Origin: an uncultured bacterium | GTDB taxonomy: Bacteria > Zhuqueibacterota > QNDG01 > DTFT01 | Assembly: GCA_963736115.1 (NCBI GenBank) | Contig: CAVTNR010000010.1 | Location: forward strand, 96,001 to 160,000 | DNA: 64,000 nt | Reading direction: 5' to 3' | Part shown: in pieces, positions 1-10,651 of the stretch | Layout: each line of letters begins with the position of its first letter | Numbering within the stretch: position 1 is the stretch's first letter | Notes under the pieces: model-generated | The model's database searches: none | What the model was told of the DNA's origin: nothing | What the model saw: only the letters and a program-made list of their open reading frames with translations | Position numbers and translations under genes: made by a program

Positions 1-1549
1 AATGCGGACTGCAGTTCAGATCGGCGTATTTGTCCAGTTTCGGAATCCGGCCGTCGAAGCTGAGTTTCAGCGCGTAGGCCGTCTCCTGAAAGGGCCTTTC
101 AGGCAGGCGGACGGTCAGCCCCTCGGACGTCTGTTTGAAGGGTAGAGAAAGGTACTGTCCGGCTCCGCCGTTGATCAGCTCGACCGACTTGAGGTTCGCG
201 CAGTCGATCCTGTCTGAGGACAGAGAACGGAGCGTGACCTCCATCCGGTCATCGTCCCATCCGAGCAGAATGGCGTACAGGGTCGAATTGTCCTTCGACC
301 GGGTGTACCGGATGTCATCGGCCGTCCCTTCGGCCGGAGCCGTGAACACGCCGTGACCGGCTCCCATGGCGGTGGGACCTTCTCCGTATTGCACCCAGGC
401 GCGGGTGGCGTACACCGCTTCGCCGTATTTTTTCAGCCACGCGCCCATGGTGAGCAGGACGTCCCTCTGTTCCTGCGGGATGGATCCGTCCGCCTTCGGG
501 GATATGTTAAGGAGCAGGTTGCCGTTCTTGCTGATCCGGTCCAGAAACCCGTGAAGGACCTGCTTCGGGGAATAATATCCGATTCCCTCGGTGTAGCACC
601 AGCTCGAGGAGCTGATGGCGTCGTCGGTCAGCCAGTAATTGTCCGTGATGTCTACCGGTCCTCCGCGCTCGTAATCCAGCACGGCGCATCGGTCGTTCAG
701 GCCGTCCTTGTATGTGGCCACGACTTCCTTCCCCCACCCGGAAGCCGCATTATAATAGTCAGCGAGGAATTGCAGGAGAACCGGCTGGGACAGGATGTGC
801 AGATTGAAATCCTGCCAGATGATGTCGGGCTTGTAGCCGTTGATGATTTCCCTGTGTTTTTCCAGCCAGAAGGCCTCGTTCTTTTCCTTCCCCTGCTGGC
901 CGAAAAGCTTCCGGAGATTCGGATCGTCGGTTTGGGGAACCGCGGAGTAAAAACCGGTGATGTTGTAAGCGTGATGCATGGAAAGAATGATTTTCATGTT
1001 CTTTTTACGGATGGCCTCCGTCAGCAGGCCGACCAGGTCGAGTTTCGGCCCCTGGTCCTTCGCGTTCCAGGGATTGACCCGGCTCGCCCACATCGAAAAG
1101 CCGTCGTGGTGCTCGGCCACCGGCCCCGCGAATTTCGCTCCCGCGTCGGCGAACAACTGCGCCCATTCGTCCGGGTCGAACTGCCCGCCTTGGGACTTGA
1201 GCCTGGGCGCGAATTGCGTGAATCGGCCCTGTTTGTCCTTCGCCCCCGTGATAAAATAGTTGTAAGGCCAGACGGAGGGATCTCCGTACGTCTCCGTATG
1301 GTGGCGTTTCTCCCCCGATCCCTGAAGATACATGCTTCGCGGATACCATTCATTCGCGAAAGCTGGGACCGTGTAGACGCCCCAGTGAAAATAGATGCCG
1401 AACTTGGCGTCCTTGAACCACTCGGGAACGGGATTCGCCTTCTCCAGCGACTCGAAGGATGGTTCGAACACCCGCGGATTGGTTGCGGGTTGAGCGGTCA
1501 GGAGTCCCGCAAGAATGAAACACGGGATCACCGGGATTCGGATTCTCAT
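1..1549 (-). CDS. GH29 alpha-L-fucosidase, exported (3' end runs off window; missing from the ORF track)
   Basis: Manual translation from ATG 1549 (RBS GAGAGG): MRIRIPVIPCFILAGLLTAQ...VPEWFKDAKFGIYFHWGVYTVPAFANEWYPRSMY, later AEHHDGFSMW; typical GH29 motifs; the window-edge segment reads open in the same frame. Confidence 0.9.
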   Translation of the reverse strand, partial: MRIRIPVIPCFILAGLLTAQPATNPRVFEPSFESLEKANPVPEWFKDAKFGIYFHWGVYTVPAFANEWYPRSMYLQGSGEKRHHTETYGDPSVWPYNYFITGAKDKQGRFTQFAPRLKSQGGQFDPDEWAQLFADAGAKFAGPVAEHHDGFSMWASRVNPWNAKDQGPKLDLVGLLTEAIRKKNMKIILSMHHAYNITGFYSAVPQTDDPNLRKLFGQQGKEKNEAFWLEKHREIINGYKPDIIWQDFNLHILSQPVLLQFLADYYNAASGWGKEVVATYKDGLNDRCAVLDYERGGPVDITDNYWLTDDAISSSSWCYTEGIGYYSPKQVLHGFLDRISKNGNLLLNISPKADGSIPQEQRDVLLTMGAWLKKYGEAVYATRAWVQYGEGPTAMGAGHGVFTAPAEGTADDIRYTRSKDNSTLYAILLGWDDDRMEVTLRSLSSDRIDCANLKSVELINGGAGQYLSLPFKQTSEGLTVRLPERPFQETAYALKLSFDGRIPKLDKYADLNCSPH

Positions 1550-1564
1550 TGGATACCTCTCTCG

Positions 1565-3985
1565 TCACTGCTTTTCGGAATGAATGGTGATAGACGCGGA
1601 TGACAGACCCTTCGAATCCGCCTCCAGCCTGATTTTTCCGGCCTCGCGGGCGCTTCGGACCACCACCAGGGCGCGTCCGTGGAAGGCGTTCCGATCAGGC
1701 CCGGTGTATGGATCCGGATCCTTTCCGTTTCCATTGTCCACGCCTGCGATGACACCAGGGCCGCTGATCGCGAAATGCAGCCGGTTTCCGGCATTGGGCT
1801 GAATGTTCCCTGCCGCGTCCGTGATTTCAACGGTCACGAAGGACAGGTCCTGACCGTCCGCGGATATCCGGGACCGGTCGGCAGTCAGCCGGATGCGGGC
1901 CGGGGGACCCGCGGTTTTCAGGGTCACGGATTCCGTCTCCCTGCCGTCTTTCACGCCTGCGGCTTTGAGCATGCCGGGAGCGTACGGCAGGGTGAAAACA
2001 GCCTTGAATTCCTGTTCCGGGCCGGTGGGCAGCTCGCCAATTCGATTCCCGTTCAGAACCAGACGGACGGCCGGGTATTTTGAAACCACTTCGACCTGTA
2101 TGTCCTTCCCTTCCCGTCCCGGCCATGTCCAGCTTTCCCATGCCGGCCACACGGACCAGAGCGTTTCCTGGATGGCGCCGTCGTTGGGATTGGGTTCCCG
2201 CACGGACATATGGATCTTCGGCGTTTCGTTCCAGAGCAGGGACCGGTAATGGGAGACGGGTTTCCGCCACCCGGTTAAATCGATGTCCCCGCAATAGGAG
2301 GCGTGCCAGGGATACACGTCATTCTCCCAGGATTCCCCCTTCGGTTCGCCCGGATAAAAGGTGCGGCCTATGCCCGATTCACCCAGATAATCGATCGCAG
2401 TCCACACAAAATCACCGATAATGTAAGGGTGGCCCTGTACCGCGCTCCAGTTGCTGAACGCGTCCCGCGGAAACGATTCCGTCTGCGCGATGATCCGCGA
2501 AGGAACCCGTTCATGATCGGACACAGCCCGGTGCATCTGATAATTGTAACCGCACACGTCATGCGCCGCCATCAGCGGGTCGAAGATCTCCCAACCCTGG
2601 TCCCAGGTGGTCATGGCGGATGTCACGGGACGCGTCGGATCGATCCGGCGGATGCAGCCGGCGAGCATTTTCGCGGTTTCAACCGCCCCCGGATCGGTCC
2701 TCTCGATGATTTCGTTGCCGGTGCTCCACATCACGATCGAGGGATGGTTCCGGTCACGCATCACCATGGATTCGAGGTCCCGCTGCCACCAGTCATTGAA
2801 AACAACCGCGTAGTCCCGCGGATTCTTGCCGGTTTTCCAGCAGTCGAACGATTCGTCGATGACCATCAATCCCAGCCGGTCGCACGCGTCCAGAAACGCC
2901 TCCGAGGGCGGATTGTGGGCGGTCCGCACGGCGTTGAACCCGGCCGCTTTCAGCAGTTCCGCCTTCCGCTCCTCTGCACGGTCGAACGCGGCCGCGCCCA
3001 GGCATCCGTTGTCGTGGTGCACGCACCCGCCGTTCAGTTTCAGCGTTTTCCCGTTCAATTGGAACCCGTTTTCCGGGGTGAATTTCAGCGAGCGGATGCC
3101 GAAGGCGGTCCGGACGTCGTCAAGATTCCTGCGTCCCTGAAGCACGGAGATACGCGCCTCGTACAGATCGGGCGTTTCCGGCGTCCAGAGCCGCGGGCTG
3201 TGGACGGTCAAGATCCTCAGCACATCTCGGCTGCCTGCCGCTGCCAGTTCGACGGTGACCGTGTCGGCCGCCGCGATCCTGCCTTTCCGGTCCGCGACCT
3301 GAACGTCGAGGAGGACTCTTTGAGGTGTATCGGACCTGTTCTCCACCGTTGTGCGGATTTGAACGACCGCCTCTTCCGGCCGGACATCCGGAGTCGTGAC
3401 GCACACGCCCCACGGCGCGACATGAACGGGATCGGTCACGATGAGCCGGACCGGCCTGTAAATGCCCGACCCGCTGTACCAGCGGGAGTTGAGGTGACGC
3501 GAATTGTCCACACGCACGGCGAGGACATTATCCGAATTCAGCCGGAGATGCTCCGTGAGGTCATGAAAAAAGGGCGTGTAACCGTAGGGATGAACGCCAA
3601 GGGAATGTCCGTTGATGAACACCTCGGCGTTCATGTAAACGCCTTCGAAATACACGGATACGTGTTTGTCCATCCACTCGGATGGGGCACGAAAATGTTT
3701 TCGATACCACCCGACTCCCGCGGGAAAAAATCCACCGGGCTGGCCGGTCGGGTTCTGACGGTCGATCCGGCCCTCGATGCTCCAGTCGTGCGGAAGGTCG
3801 AGCGACCGCCAGCCCTGATCATCGAAATCAGCCGCGGCGGCTGTCGGATCGTCCTTCAGGCTGAATTTCCAGTCATCGCCGAAAAACAACCGGCGATCGG
3901 TTCCGCCTGAATGGCGGATGCCGCCCGTCCCACAGGCGGATGAAACCAGCATCGCCGCAATCAGCCAGGATAACATTTTTTGCAT
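1565..3985 (-). CDS. GH2 glycoside hydrolase (beta-galactosidase type, DUF4982-like C-terminus), possible lipoprotein
   Basis: LPHDWSIE, GVGWYRKHF, GGCVHHDNGCLG, RTAHNPP, RDRNHPSIVMWSTGNE, DFVWTAIDYLGE; lipobox-like LVSSAC. Confidence 0.9.
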   Translation of the reverse strand: MQKMLSWLIAAMLVSSACGTGGIRHSGGTDRRLFFGDDWKFSLKDDPTAAAADFDDQGWRSLDLPHDWSIEGRIDRQNPTGQPGGFFPAGVGWYRKHFRAPSEWMDKHVSVYFEGVYMNAEVFINGHSLGVHPYGYTPFFHDLTEHLRLNSDNVLAVRVDNSRHLNSRWYSGSGIYRPVRLIVTDPVHVAPWGVCVTTPDVRPEEAVVQIRTTVENRSDTPQRVLLDVQVADRKGRIAAADTVTVELAAAGSRDVLRILTVHSPRLWTPETPDLYEARISVLQGRRNLDDVRTAFGIRSLKFTPENGFQLNGKTLKLNGGCVHHDNGCLGAAAFDRAEERKAELLKAAGFNAVRTAHNPPSEAFLDACDRLGLMVIDESFDCWKTGKNPRDYAVVFNDWWQRDLESMVMRDRNHPSIVMWSTGNEIIERTDPGAVETAKMLAGCIRRIDPTRPVTSAMTTWDQGWEIFDPLMAAHDVCGYNYQMHRAVSDHERVPSRIIAQTESFPRDAFSNWSAVQGHPYIIGDFVWTAIDYLGESGIGRTFYPGEPKGESWENDVYPWHASYCGDIDLTGWRKPVSHYRSLLWNETPKIHMSVREPNPNDGAIQETLWSVWPAWESWTWPGREGKDIQVEVVSKYPAVRLVLNGNRIGELPTGPEQEFKAVFTLPYAPGMLKAAGVKDGRETESVTLKTAGPPARIRLTADRSRISADGQDLSFVTVEITDAAGNIQPNAGNRLHFAISGPGVIAGVDNGNGKDPDPYTGPDRNAFHGRALVVVRSAREAGKIRLEADSKGLSSASITIHSEKQ

Positions 3986-4117
3986 GGAACTCTGTCCTTT
4001 CATCCGATGCGTGTCAGCCCCGGTGTTTCCACCATGGAAATCCGCGCCGGCCGCAAACCGATTCCCGGACGCATCGATCTCGCGTCTACGGATCGACCGG
4101 GCACCCGGCCGCGCCCG

Positions 4118-6967
4118 CTATTTTGCCGTAATGGAAACGCGGGCGGTCCGCAATCCTTCGGATTCAGCGGAAATCCGTATTTCGCCCGCATCGCCATTCG
4201 ATCGGATCACGGCCAGACACAGGCCGTGAAAAGCCTTCCGGTGATCCCGGTTGAAATATTCATGACTGACCGGGTTTCCGTTGTCCACTCCGGCGATCCC
4301 ACCGGCGCCGGATACCGAGAATCGCACGAGCGGATCGGCGTCGGGACACAGGCGCCCTTCACTGTCCGCGATCTCCACCCGGACGAACGAAAGGTCTTTT
4401 CCGTCCGGCCGGATTTCGGTGCGATCGGGCTTCAGGATGATTTGCGCGGGGACGCCCGCGGTAACTACTGAATCCGTGCACACCGCTTCCCCGTTTTTCC
4501 CGGCGACGGCCCGCAATGTCCCCGGAACATAGGGAACTTTCCATTCCAGGTACAGTCGCTCCGTATCCCGGAAACTTTTTTCGCCGAGGGAGCGTCCATC
4601 CAGGAACAGTTCCACTGATCCGCAATTGGTATAACAGCGGACCGGTATCTCTTTTCCCTCAAAACCCGGCCAGTTCCAATGCGGAAGGATGTGGATCATC
4701 GGCTTATCCGTCCATCGGCTCTGGTACAGGTAGAACCGGTCCTTCGGAAACCCGCCCCGGTCGACGATTCCGAAATAGGAGGAGACTGAGGGCCAGCTGA
4801 AGGGCGACGGCTCGCCGATGTAGTCGAAGCCGGTCCACACGAACTCTCCGGCGATCCACGGGGCCGCGGCAACCGCCTTCAGCGTGTTTTCCGCGGTGTC
4901 GTCGTCGTAGGAGGACCGCTGATTGTCCAGGGCCTGAACGATTTTCGGGTTCCCGCTCCCTTCGGCAACCAGGTTGTAATGGCCCCGCGTGCTGACGGCC
5001 GAGGCGGTTTCGGACGCGACCAGGGGCGTCTTCCCCTTCAGGGTCGGGTAAAAGGGCAGGGAATAATTGATGCCGAACACGTCGAGCGGTTTTGAAAAAC
5101 CGCTTTTCACCGCGGCGTCCGGCGAGTTGCAGCCCGAGGTGACGGGACGCGTCGGATCCTCCCGCCGGCAGATGTCCGCGAGCCGTTTCGACATTTCGAA
5201 CGCGTCCGCGTTATCCTGCTCGGGAATCTCGTTGCCGATGCTCCAGAGGATGATGCTGGGATGGTTCCGGTCGCGTCGGATCATGTCCGCCAGGTCCCGT
5301 TCGCTCCAGGCGTCGAAAAACCGGTCGTATCCGAACATCGTCTTCGCCCGTTTCCACTCGTCGAACGCTTCGTCCATGACGAGGAATCCCATTCGGTCGC
5401 AGGCATCCAACAGCTCTGGAGCGGGCGGATTGTGGCTCGTTCGAACCGCGTTGCAGCCCATGGTCTTCATGATTTCCAGCTGGCGCTCGATGGCGCGGCC
5501 GTTCACGGCCGTTCCGAGGCATCCCAGGTCGTGGTGGAGGTTCACTCCCCGGATGGGGACATGCCTGCCGTTCAGGAAAAATCCGCTGTCCGCGGTGAAT
5601 TCGAAAGTCCGGATGCCGAACGGGGTTTCGGCCGCGTCCGTGACGCGCCCGTTCAGCAGGACCGTGGACCGGGCGCGGTACAACGCCGGATTCTCCAGGG
5701 ACCACAGATTCGGCCGGCGGACGCTGAGCGTGTGATCGAAACGGCCTGCGCTGTCCGGTTCGACCCGCTGTGCGGAACGGGTCACGGCCATTTCGCGGCC
5801 GGCCCCGTCCACGATGACGGTCTCACAGATGACGGACCGTGAAACAGTCGACTGGTTCAGGACCCGGGTCTGCACGCGGACTTCCGCCTGGTCGGCCGAA
5901 ACGGACGGCGTGGTCACGAAGACCCCCCAATGCGCGACATGAACCGGATCGGTCTTCGTCAGACGCACGTCCCGGTAAATGCCCGCCCCGGAATACCATC
6001 TTGAACAGGGTTGACGGACGTCAGCCCGCACGGCCAGCACATTTTCCCCGCCGCCGAACCGGACATGGTCCGTCAATTCGTACTGAAAGCTCGAATAGCC
6101 GTATGGACGGTTGCCGAGGTGGTTTCCGTTGATCCAGACGTCGCTGTTCATGTAGACGCCGTCGAATTCCATGAAAACTCTTTTACCCCGGTCGCTGTCC
6201 GGCAGTTCGAATGTTTTTCTGTACCATCCGGTTCCCCCGTTGATGTAACCCGCTCCGCTGCCCCCGGGGCAGGCGGAATCGAAAGGTCCCTCAACCGTCT
6301 TTTCCCCCTCCGCGTAGAGGCCGCCGCCGAACACGCCGTCGAACACCCGGACTGCGATGCTGTTGCTTTCTCCGTACCGGATGATGCCGCCGGGAACCCG
6401 GTACCGTCTGGGCTGGTCCCAGGCGGTCACATACCGGGGCGGAAAGGAACCCAGGCCGCCCACCTTCACGCCGTTGAAAAAGGTCTCGTCCGCATCGTCG
6501 ATTTTTCCCAGATTGACGAGGATGTCCTTTCCCTTTGCATCTGCCGGGACTGCCAACTCACGCCGATACCAGCCGATCACGTTGTCATCCGTGTAGTCCG
6601 AGTGTGTCTCCCAGTTCGACGGAAGCGTCACGGTCTGCCAGGAACCGTCCTTCAGTCCGGGATTTTTCCACGACGGATCGTCGCCCCTGTTGAACTTCCA
6701 CTCGCCGGCCGCGGCACGGATCTCGGGTATCGAATCCGCTTCCGTCCCGGACGGTGACAGTCCCTCGATACTCCAGTCATGGGGAAGGTCGAGAACGCGC
6801 CAGGACGAATCATCGAATGAAGTCGCCTGTCCGTCCGGCGCGTCTCCGAGGTGAAACCGCCAATCGGAGTGGAAAGGCCGAATGACCTGCGCATGACCGG
6901 AGACCGCGGTGCAGGCCGCGAGCCAGGCGGCTCCCGCGAGGATGGATCGCTTCGGCAGACGAGGCAT
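4118..6967 (-). CDS. GH2 glycoside hydrolase with an extra inserted beta-sandwich domain; likely start MPRLPKRS
   Basis: LPHDWSIE, GVNLHHDLGCLG, RTSHNPP, RDRNHPSIILWSIGNE, EFVWTGFDYIGE; signal peptide ending GHAQ; the ORF-track extension to 7414 overlaps the upstream gene. Confidence 0.9.
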   Translation of the reverse strand: MPRLPKRSILAGAAWLAACTAVSGHAQVIRPFHSDWRFHLGDAPDGQATSFDDSSWRVLDLPHDWSIEGLSPSGTEADSIPEIRAAAGEWKFNRGDDPSWKNPGLKDGSWQTVTLPSNWETHSDYTDDNVIGWYRRELAVPADAKGKDILVNLGKIDDADETFFNGVKVGGLGSFPPRYVTAWDQPRRYRVPGGIIRYGESNSIAVRVFDGVFGGGLYAEGEKTVEGPFDSACPGGSGAGYINGGTGWYRKTFELPDSDRGKRVFMEFDGVYMNSDVWINGNHLGNRPYGYSSFQYELTDHVRFGGGENVLAVRADVRQPCSRWYSGAGIYRDVRLTKTDPVHVAHWGVFVTTPSVSADQAEVRVQTRVLNQSTVSRSVICETVIVDGAGREMAVTRSAQRVEPDSAGRFDHTLSVRRPNLWSLENPALYRARSTVLLNGRVTDAAETPFGIRTFEFTADSGFFLNGRHVPIRGVNLHHDLGCLGTAVNGRAIERQLEIMKTMGCNAVRTSHNPPAPELLDACDRMGFLVMDEAFDEWKRAKTMFGYDRFFDAWSERDLADMIRRDRNHPSIILWSIGNEIPEQDNADAFEMSKRLADICRREDPTRPVTSGCNSPDAAVKSGFSKPLDVFGINYSLPFYPTLKGKTPLVASETASAVSTRGHYNLVAEGSGNPKIVQALDNQRSSYDDDTAENTLKAVAAAPWIAGEFVWTGFDYIGEPSPFSWPSVSSYFGIVDRGGFPKDRFYLYQSRWTDKPMIHILPHWNWPGFEGKEIPVRCYTNCGSVELFLDGRSLGEKSFRDTERLYLEWKVPYVPGTLRAVAGKNGEAVCTDSVVTAGVPAQIILKPDRTEIRPDGKDLSFVRVEIADSEGRLCPDADPLVRFSVSGAGGIAGVDNGNPVSHEYFNRDHRKAFHGLCLAVIRSNGDAGEIRISAESEGLRTARVSITAK

Positions 6968-6990
6968 TCGGTTTCTCAAGGCGCCGCTCC

Positions 6991-8931
6991 TTATTTGACC
7001 AAGGTCAGTTTTCTGCTGAGTGAAAAGTGATTCCCCTGCAGCCGGCACAGATATATTCCGGCCGGCAGAGAACCCGCGTTGAACGACACCGAATACGCGC
7101 CCTGCGCCTTGACCTCGTCCACCAGCGTGGCCATCTCTTCGCCCGCCAGATTGAACACTTTCAGTGAAATACGGCCTTTTTGAGGTACGCTGTACCGGAT
7201 CGTGGTCGACGGGTTGAAGGGATTCGGATAGTTCGGGTACAGCTGATGAAAGCGCGGTGCCGCGTCGGCCGCCGGATCGTCGATCGACTGCGGTTTGTCG
7301 CCCGCTTCGATCATGACCATCTGAATCGACCGCGGCGGAGACGAAAACTTGATTTCTCCCGCGACCGGATAAGCATCCGCCGGAATGCCGTACAAATCGT
7401 CGTACGGACCCCAATGGTTCTCCGCAGGTCCGAATCCGTTGATGCTCACGTTCGGCGAGAAATCCCCGGTGTCCGTCCCTCCGGTGAAGGAGTAGACGTA
7501 GTATCGGCTTCCGGCTCCGACCGCTGACGCGTCGACGCCGATCGTCTTTTCGGTTGTTCCCTTGTTCACGGTCACCAGGCCGGTCTCACCCGAAGCGAAC
7601 CGGGTTGCGTAGCAGAGCATGTCCTTGTCGGACGAGGCCGCCGGAACCGCATGGTCTCCAGTCATCGTCTGCAGGTAGGCCAGGGTATAAAAGTCGGCGT
7701 GTGGATGATGGGAAAAATCGGCGTCTGATCCGCCGTAGAACATGGTCGTTTCTCCCGACAGCAGAAGCCAGCGGGCGCCCAGACCGTAATTGTTTTTCAT
7801 CAGTTCGCAGACGAGAACGACCGCCTGCATCCCATTCACGAACGAGACGGCCCTGTCGACATTGCCGTTGTCGCTCATATTATACTCGGTCAGCGCGATC
7901 GGCTTCGGAGCGGCGTTTCTGCTGACAAAGTCCCGATTTAAAAAATCCCTGCACCTTTTCAGCTCCGTGGAGGCGAGAGTCAGGATGTCTTTCACGTTGT
8001 TCGACGAGCTGAAATAATTGTGGATGACGTAAAAGTCCGCGGAATCCCCTACTTCCCTGAAAAACTCCTCGTTCCACGTCCAGTCCGGGAAATTCCAGCT
8101 GGACGGCCCGTCGATCACGACCTGGCCTCCGATGTAAATCGTGACGCCGATTTCCTCGGCCGCGGATTTCATTGAATCGACAAAAACCTTGAAATGCTTT
8201 CCGTACAGAGCTCCGGTAATGATTTGCGGTTGTCCGTCCCGGTTCAGGGTTGTATCGATCATCCACCCGTATTCCCAGGGACCGCCGTTTTCGTTCCCGA
8301 TTTCCCAGAAACGGGTCCGTCCGTCGTCATAACGCACCCAATCCGCTGCCAGATGCGCGGCCTTTGCGACCGGGTCCGCGCTCGTTCCATAACGCGCGTA
8401 TCCGTAATTCACGGTGATCAATCCTTCCTCCACCAGGGTGTTCTCGCGGAGCGCGTAATACTGGTCCGTCGTTGTCTGCCAGCCGCCCTTTCCCGTCTGG
8501 CCCCAGAATTTGTTCTTTTTCGCGATTTTCGTCGTTTTGTTGTAGGTGGTGCCGTCATAAATGGAATCCGGCACGTCCGTCGGCACTCCGTTCCAGAAGT
8601 AACCGTTCGACCAGCTTCCCCCCGGAAACCGGATCAGTGTGGGCGCCAGCAATTCGACGCCTTCCACGAATGCGCGGTTGGTGTGCGCCCCGGCCCAGGC
8701 GGCGATGGCGTTCCCGAATACGTATTCGGATATCGGTCCGATCGTGTCGTTTCCGACGGTCACGATAACCGATGCCGCCTCAGTCGGTTTGACCGCGGAC
8801 ACCGCCGGAGGAAGATCCGCTGTTTTGGGCTCGAAGTTCTCCAGAAAGCAATTGGGCTGGCTCTGGCCGTTGAGGCCGTCAGGGATGAGAATGGACACTC
8901 CCAACAGAATGGAACAGACGGTGTTCTTCAT
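6991..8931 (-). CDS. Clan GH-A glycoside hydrolase (GH51/GH44-like, family uncertain) with T9SS type-A-like C-terminal sorting domain
   Basis: IRFPGGSWSNGYFW, WEIGNE (acid/base), ALTEYN (nucleophile); C-terminus LYPNYPNPFNPSTTIRY...GIYLCRL...SRKLTLVK. Confidence 0.75.
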   Translation of the reverse strand: MKNTVCSILLGVSILIPDGLNGQSQPNCFLENFEPKTADLPPAVSAVKPTEAASVIVTVGNDTIGPISEYVFGNAIAAWAGAHTNRAFVEGVELLAPTLIRFPGGSWSNGYFWNGVPTDVPDSIYDGTTYNKTTKIAKKNKFWGQTGKGGWQTTTDQYYALRENTLVEEGLITVNYGYARYGTSADPVAKAAHLAADWVRYDDGRTRFWEIGNENGGPWEYGWMIDTTLNRDGQPQIITGALYGKHFKVFVDSMKSAAEEIGVTIYIGGQVVIDGPSSWNFPDWTWNEEFFREVGDSADFYVIHNYFSSSNNVKDILTLASTELKRCRDFLNRDFVSRNAAPKPIALTEYNMSDNGNVDRAVSFVNGMQAVVLVCELMKNNYGLGARWLLLSGETTMFYGGSDADFSHHPHADFYTLAYLQTMTGDHAVPAASSDKDMLCYATRFASGETGLVTVNKGTTEKTIGVDASAVGAGSRYYVYSFTGGTDTGDFSPNVSINGFGPAENHWGPYDDLYGIPADAYPVAGEIKFSSPPRSIQMVMIEAGDKPQSIDDPAADAAPRFHQLYPNYPNPFNPSTTIRYSVPQKGRISLKVFNLAGEEMATLVDEVKAQGAYSVSFNAGSLPAGIYLCRLQGNHFSLSRKLTLVK

Positions 8932-8988
8932 AATCTTCCCCTTTTCGGTGACTACCGCTTCCTCATTCTTCATGCCGCGGGTTTACCC

Positions 8989-10578
8989 CTACTGTCTTTT
9001 CAGGACAATCAGAAATACGTCGTTCTCTCTGATCGGCAGTGTGCGCTCGAAACTGTTTTTGTTCCCGATAAGGATCGTTTCACTGGAGATGGGGGAACCG
9101 TCATTGATCGTTATTATTTTCCGCACCTGCTCTTTTGTCAGCTGACCGGGCCTTCCTATATCGAAATACGTCGTATAGGGATCGTTCGCCCGATAACCGA
9201 CCTTGAAGGTTTCAAGATTGTACGTTCCCGCGGGAATGTGGGTCATTCGTATCCGCACGTCTCCCTTGTCTCGAGCCGGCAAATCGCGGATGTAGTATTC
9301 CTGGTTGTTGACGGAATCCTCCGGAAGGGTCACGGTAAAATCCCAGAGCAGAACCTGAACGCCTCCCTGGTCATCCTTGCACGCCCAGGAGCAGGAATCG
9401 GCGTTCATCAATTCCGTATTTCCGAGGCGGTTCATGAACTGGTACGAATAGAAAGCGGGTTTACGGATGGACTGATAATTGATGAGACCAAAGCCGCCGT
9501 GAAACGGCGTGAAGCGCGGTCCGGGTTCCTCGAATATGTCCGTGAACACCCAGTACGACATCGATTGCGCCGCGTCTCCAACCCGTTTGATTTTGTCCAG
9601 AATGTACGCGGCCTCATGATAACTGTCGTGTATCGGATCGGCGGGCGTGTAGGAAGAGCTCCATTCCGTGTAATGGAGCTCGAGACCGGGCATGGCCGAA
9701 CCATCGATTTCCTTCCGGGAATTCAGGACATCGCCGCTCAGACTCATCGGATTCCGATCCAGAACCGTTCCCGTATTTCCGAATTCGTCGAGATACCCCT
9801 GTTTGACGCCGTAGGCATGGGTGCTGATGAAATCCAGCGGAAGATTGTTCTTACGGCAGAAATCGATCAATTCGACTTCCCACGCGGCGCCCGCGGTGGC
9901 GGGACCGCCGACGCGGTATTCCGGGTTGACGCTTTTAACGGCAATTGCGGAATATCGGTATAATTTGAAATACTCCTCCTGCGTGCCCGCCCAGAAGCCG
10001 TCCAGGTTCGGTTCGTTCCACACCTCAAAATACCAGGTCTTGACCTCGTCGGCGCCGTAGCGTTCCGTGAAATGCTCCGTCAGATTGCGGATCAGCGCCT
10101 CCCATTTCGAATAGTCCTTGGGAGGAGTGACATTCCCCCTCCACCAGAATATCGTCTTTCTGCCGCTGGCCATGGCTTCGGGCATGAACCCCAGTTCGAC
10201 AAACGGCTTCATGCCGATGCTGACGATATAATCGGTTAACTCGTCGATGTATTGATAATTATATTCCGGATTTCCATGCTTGTCCTCACGATAAACCCCC
10301 ATGTCATCGGTCAGCAGTCCGTGCATCCGGATGAATTTGAACCCGCACTCCTTCCGGACTTCGGCCAACTGCCGCTGCCAGTCGGCCCGCAGTCCTTCGT
10401 TGGCCCTGCCCGCGCCCACGCATTCCCTGAACATCGTATTCATGGGGCCCTTGATCCGGTCATAGTCGAGTCGTATCGTCCGTTCCGTCGGGGAGGATTG
10501 CGCGTTCGCGTCCGCCGGCCGGCAAACGGCCGGGATGACCGTCAACAGCGCGAGCATTATCCATTTAATTCGCATCAT
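8989..10578 (-). CDS. GH39 beta-xylosidase
   Basis: IRMHGLLTDDM, PFVELGFMP, FEVWNEPNL, DFISTHAYG, TEWSSSY, SYWVFTDIFEE, PFHGGFGL. Confidence 0.92.
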   Translation of the reverse strand: MMRIKWIMLALLTVIPAVCRPADANAQSSPTERTIRLDYDRIKGPMNTMFRECVGAGRANEGLRADWQRQLAEVRKECGFKFIRMHGLLTDDMGVYREDKHGNPEYNYQYIDELTDYIVSIGMKPFVELGFMPEAMASGRKTIFWWRGNVTPPKDYSKWEALIRNLTEHFTERYGADEVKTWYFEVWNEPNLDGFWAGTQEEYFKLYRYSAIAVKSVNPEYRVGGPATAGAAWEVELIDFCRKNNLPLDFISTHAYGVKQGYLDEFGNTGTVLDRNPMSLSGDVLNSRKEIDGSAMPGLELHYTEWSSSYTPADPIHDSYHEAAYILDKIKRVGDAAQSMSYWVFTDIFEEPGPRFTPFHGGFGLINYQSIRKPAFYSYQFMNRLGNTELMNADSCSWACKDDQGGVQVLLWDFTVTLPEDSVNNQEYYIRDLPARDKGDVRIRMTHIPAGTYNLETFKVGYRANDPYTTYFDIGRPGQLTKEQVRKIITINDGSPISSETILIGNKNSFERTLPIRENDVFLIVLKRQ

Positions 10579-10651
10579 AATCGGGTTCCTTTCCATAAAA
10601 TTGCGAGCCGAATTGAAGGCTCCCGCCGCCCCGCTGCGCCGCGGTTTATGA

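Noticed and set aside
6968-7414. 149-aa N-terminal extension of the GH2 in the ORF track
   Set aside because: Overlaps the upstream gene's sorting domain; the signal peptide and RBS point to ATG 6967
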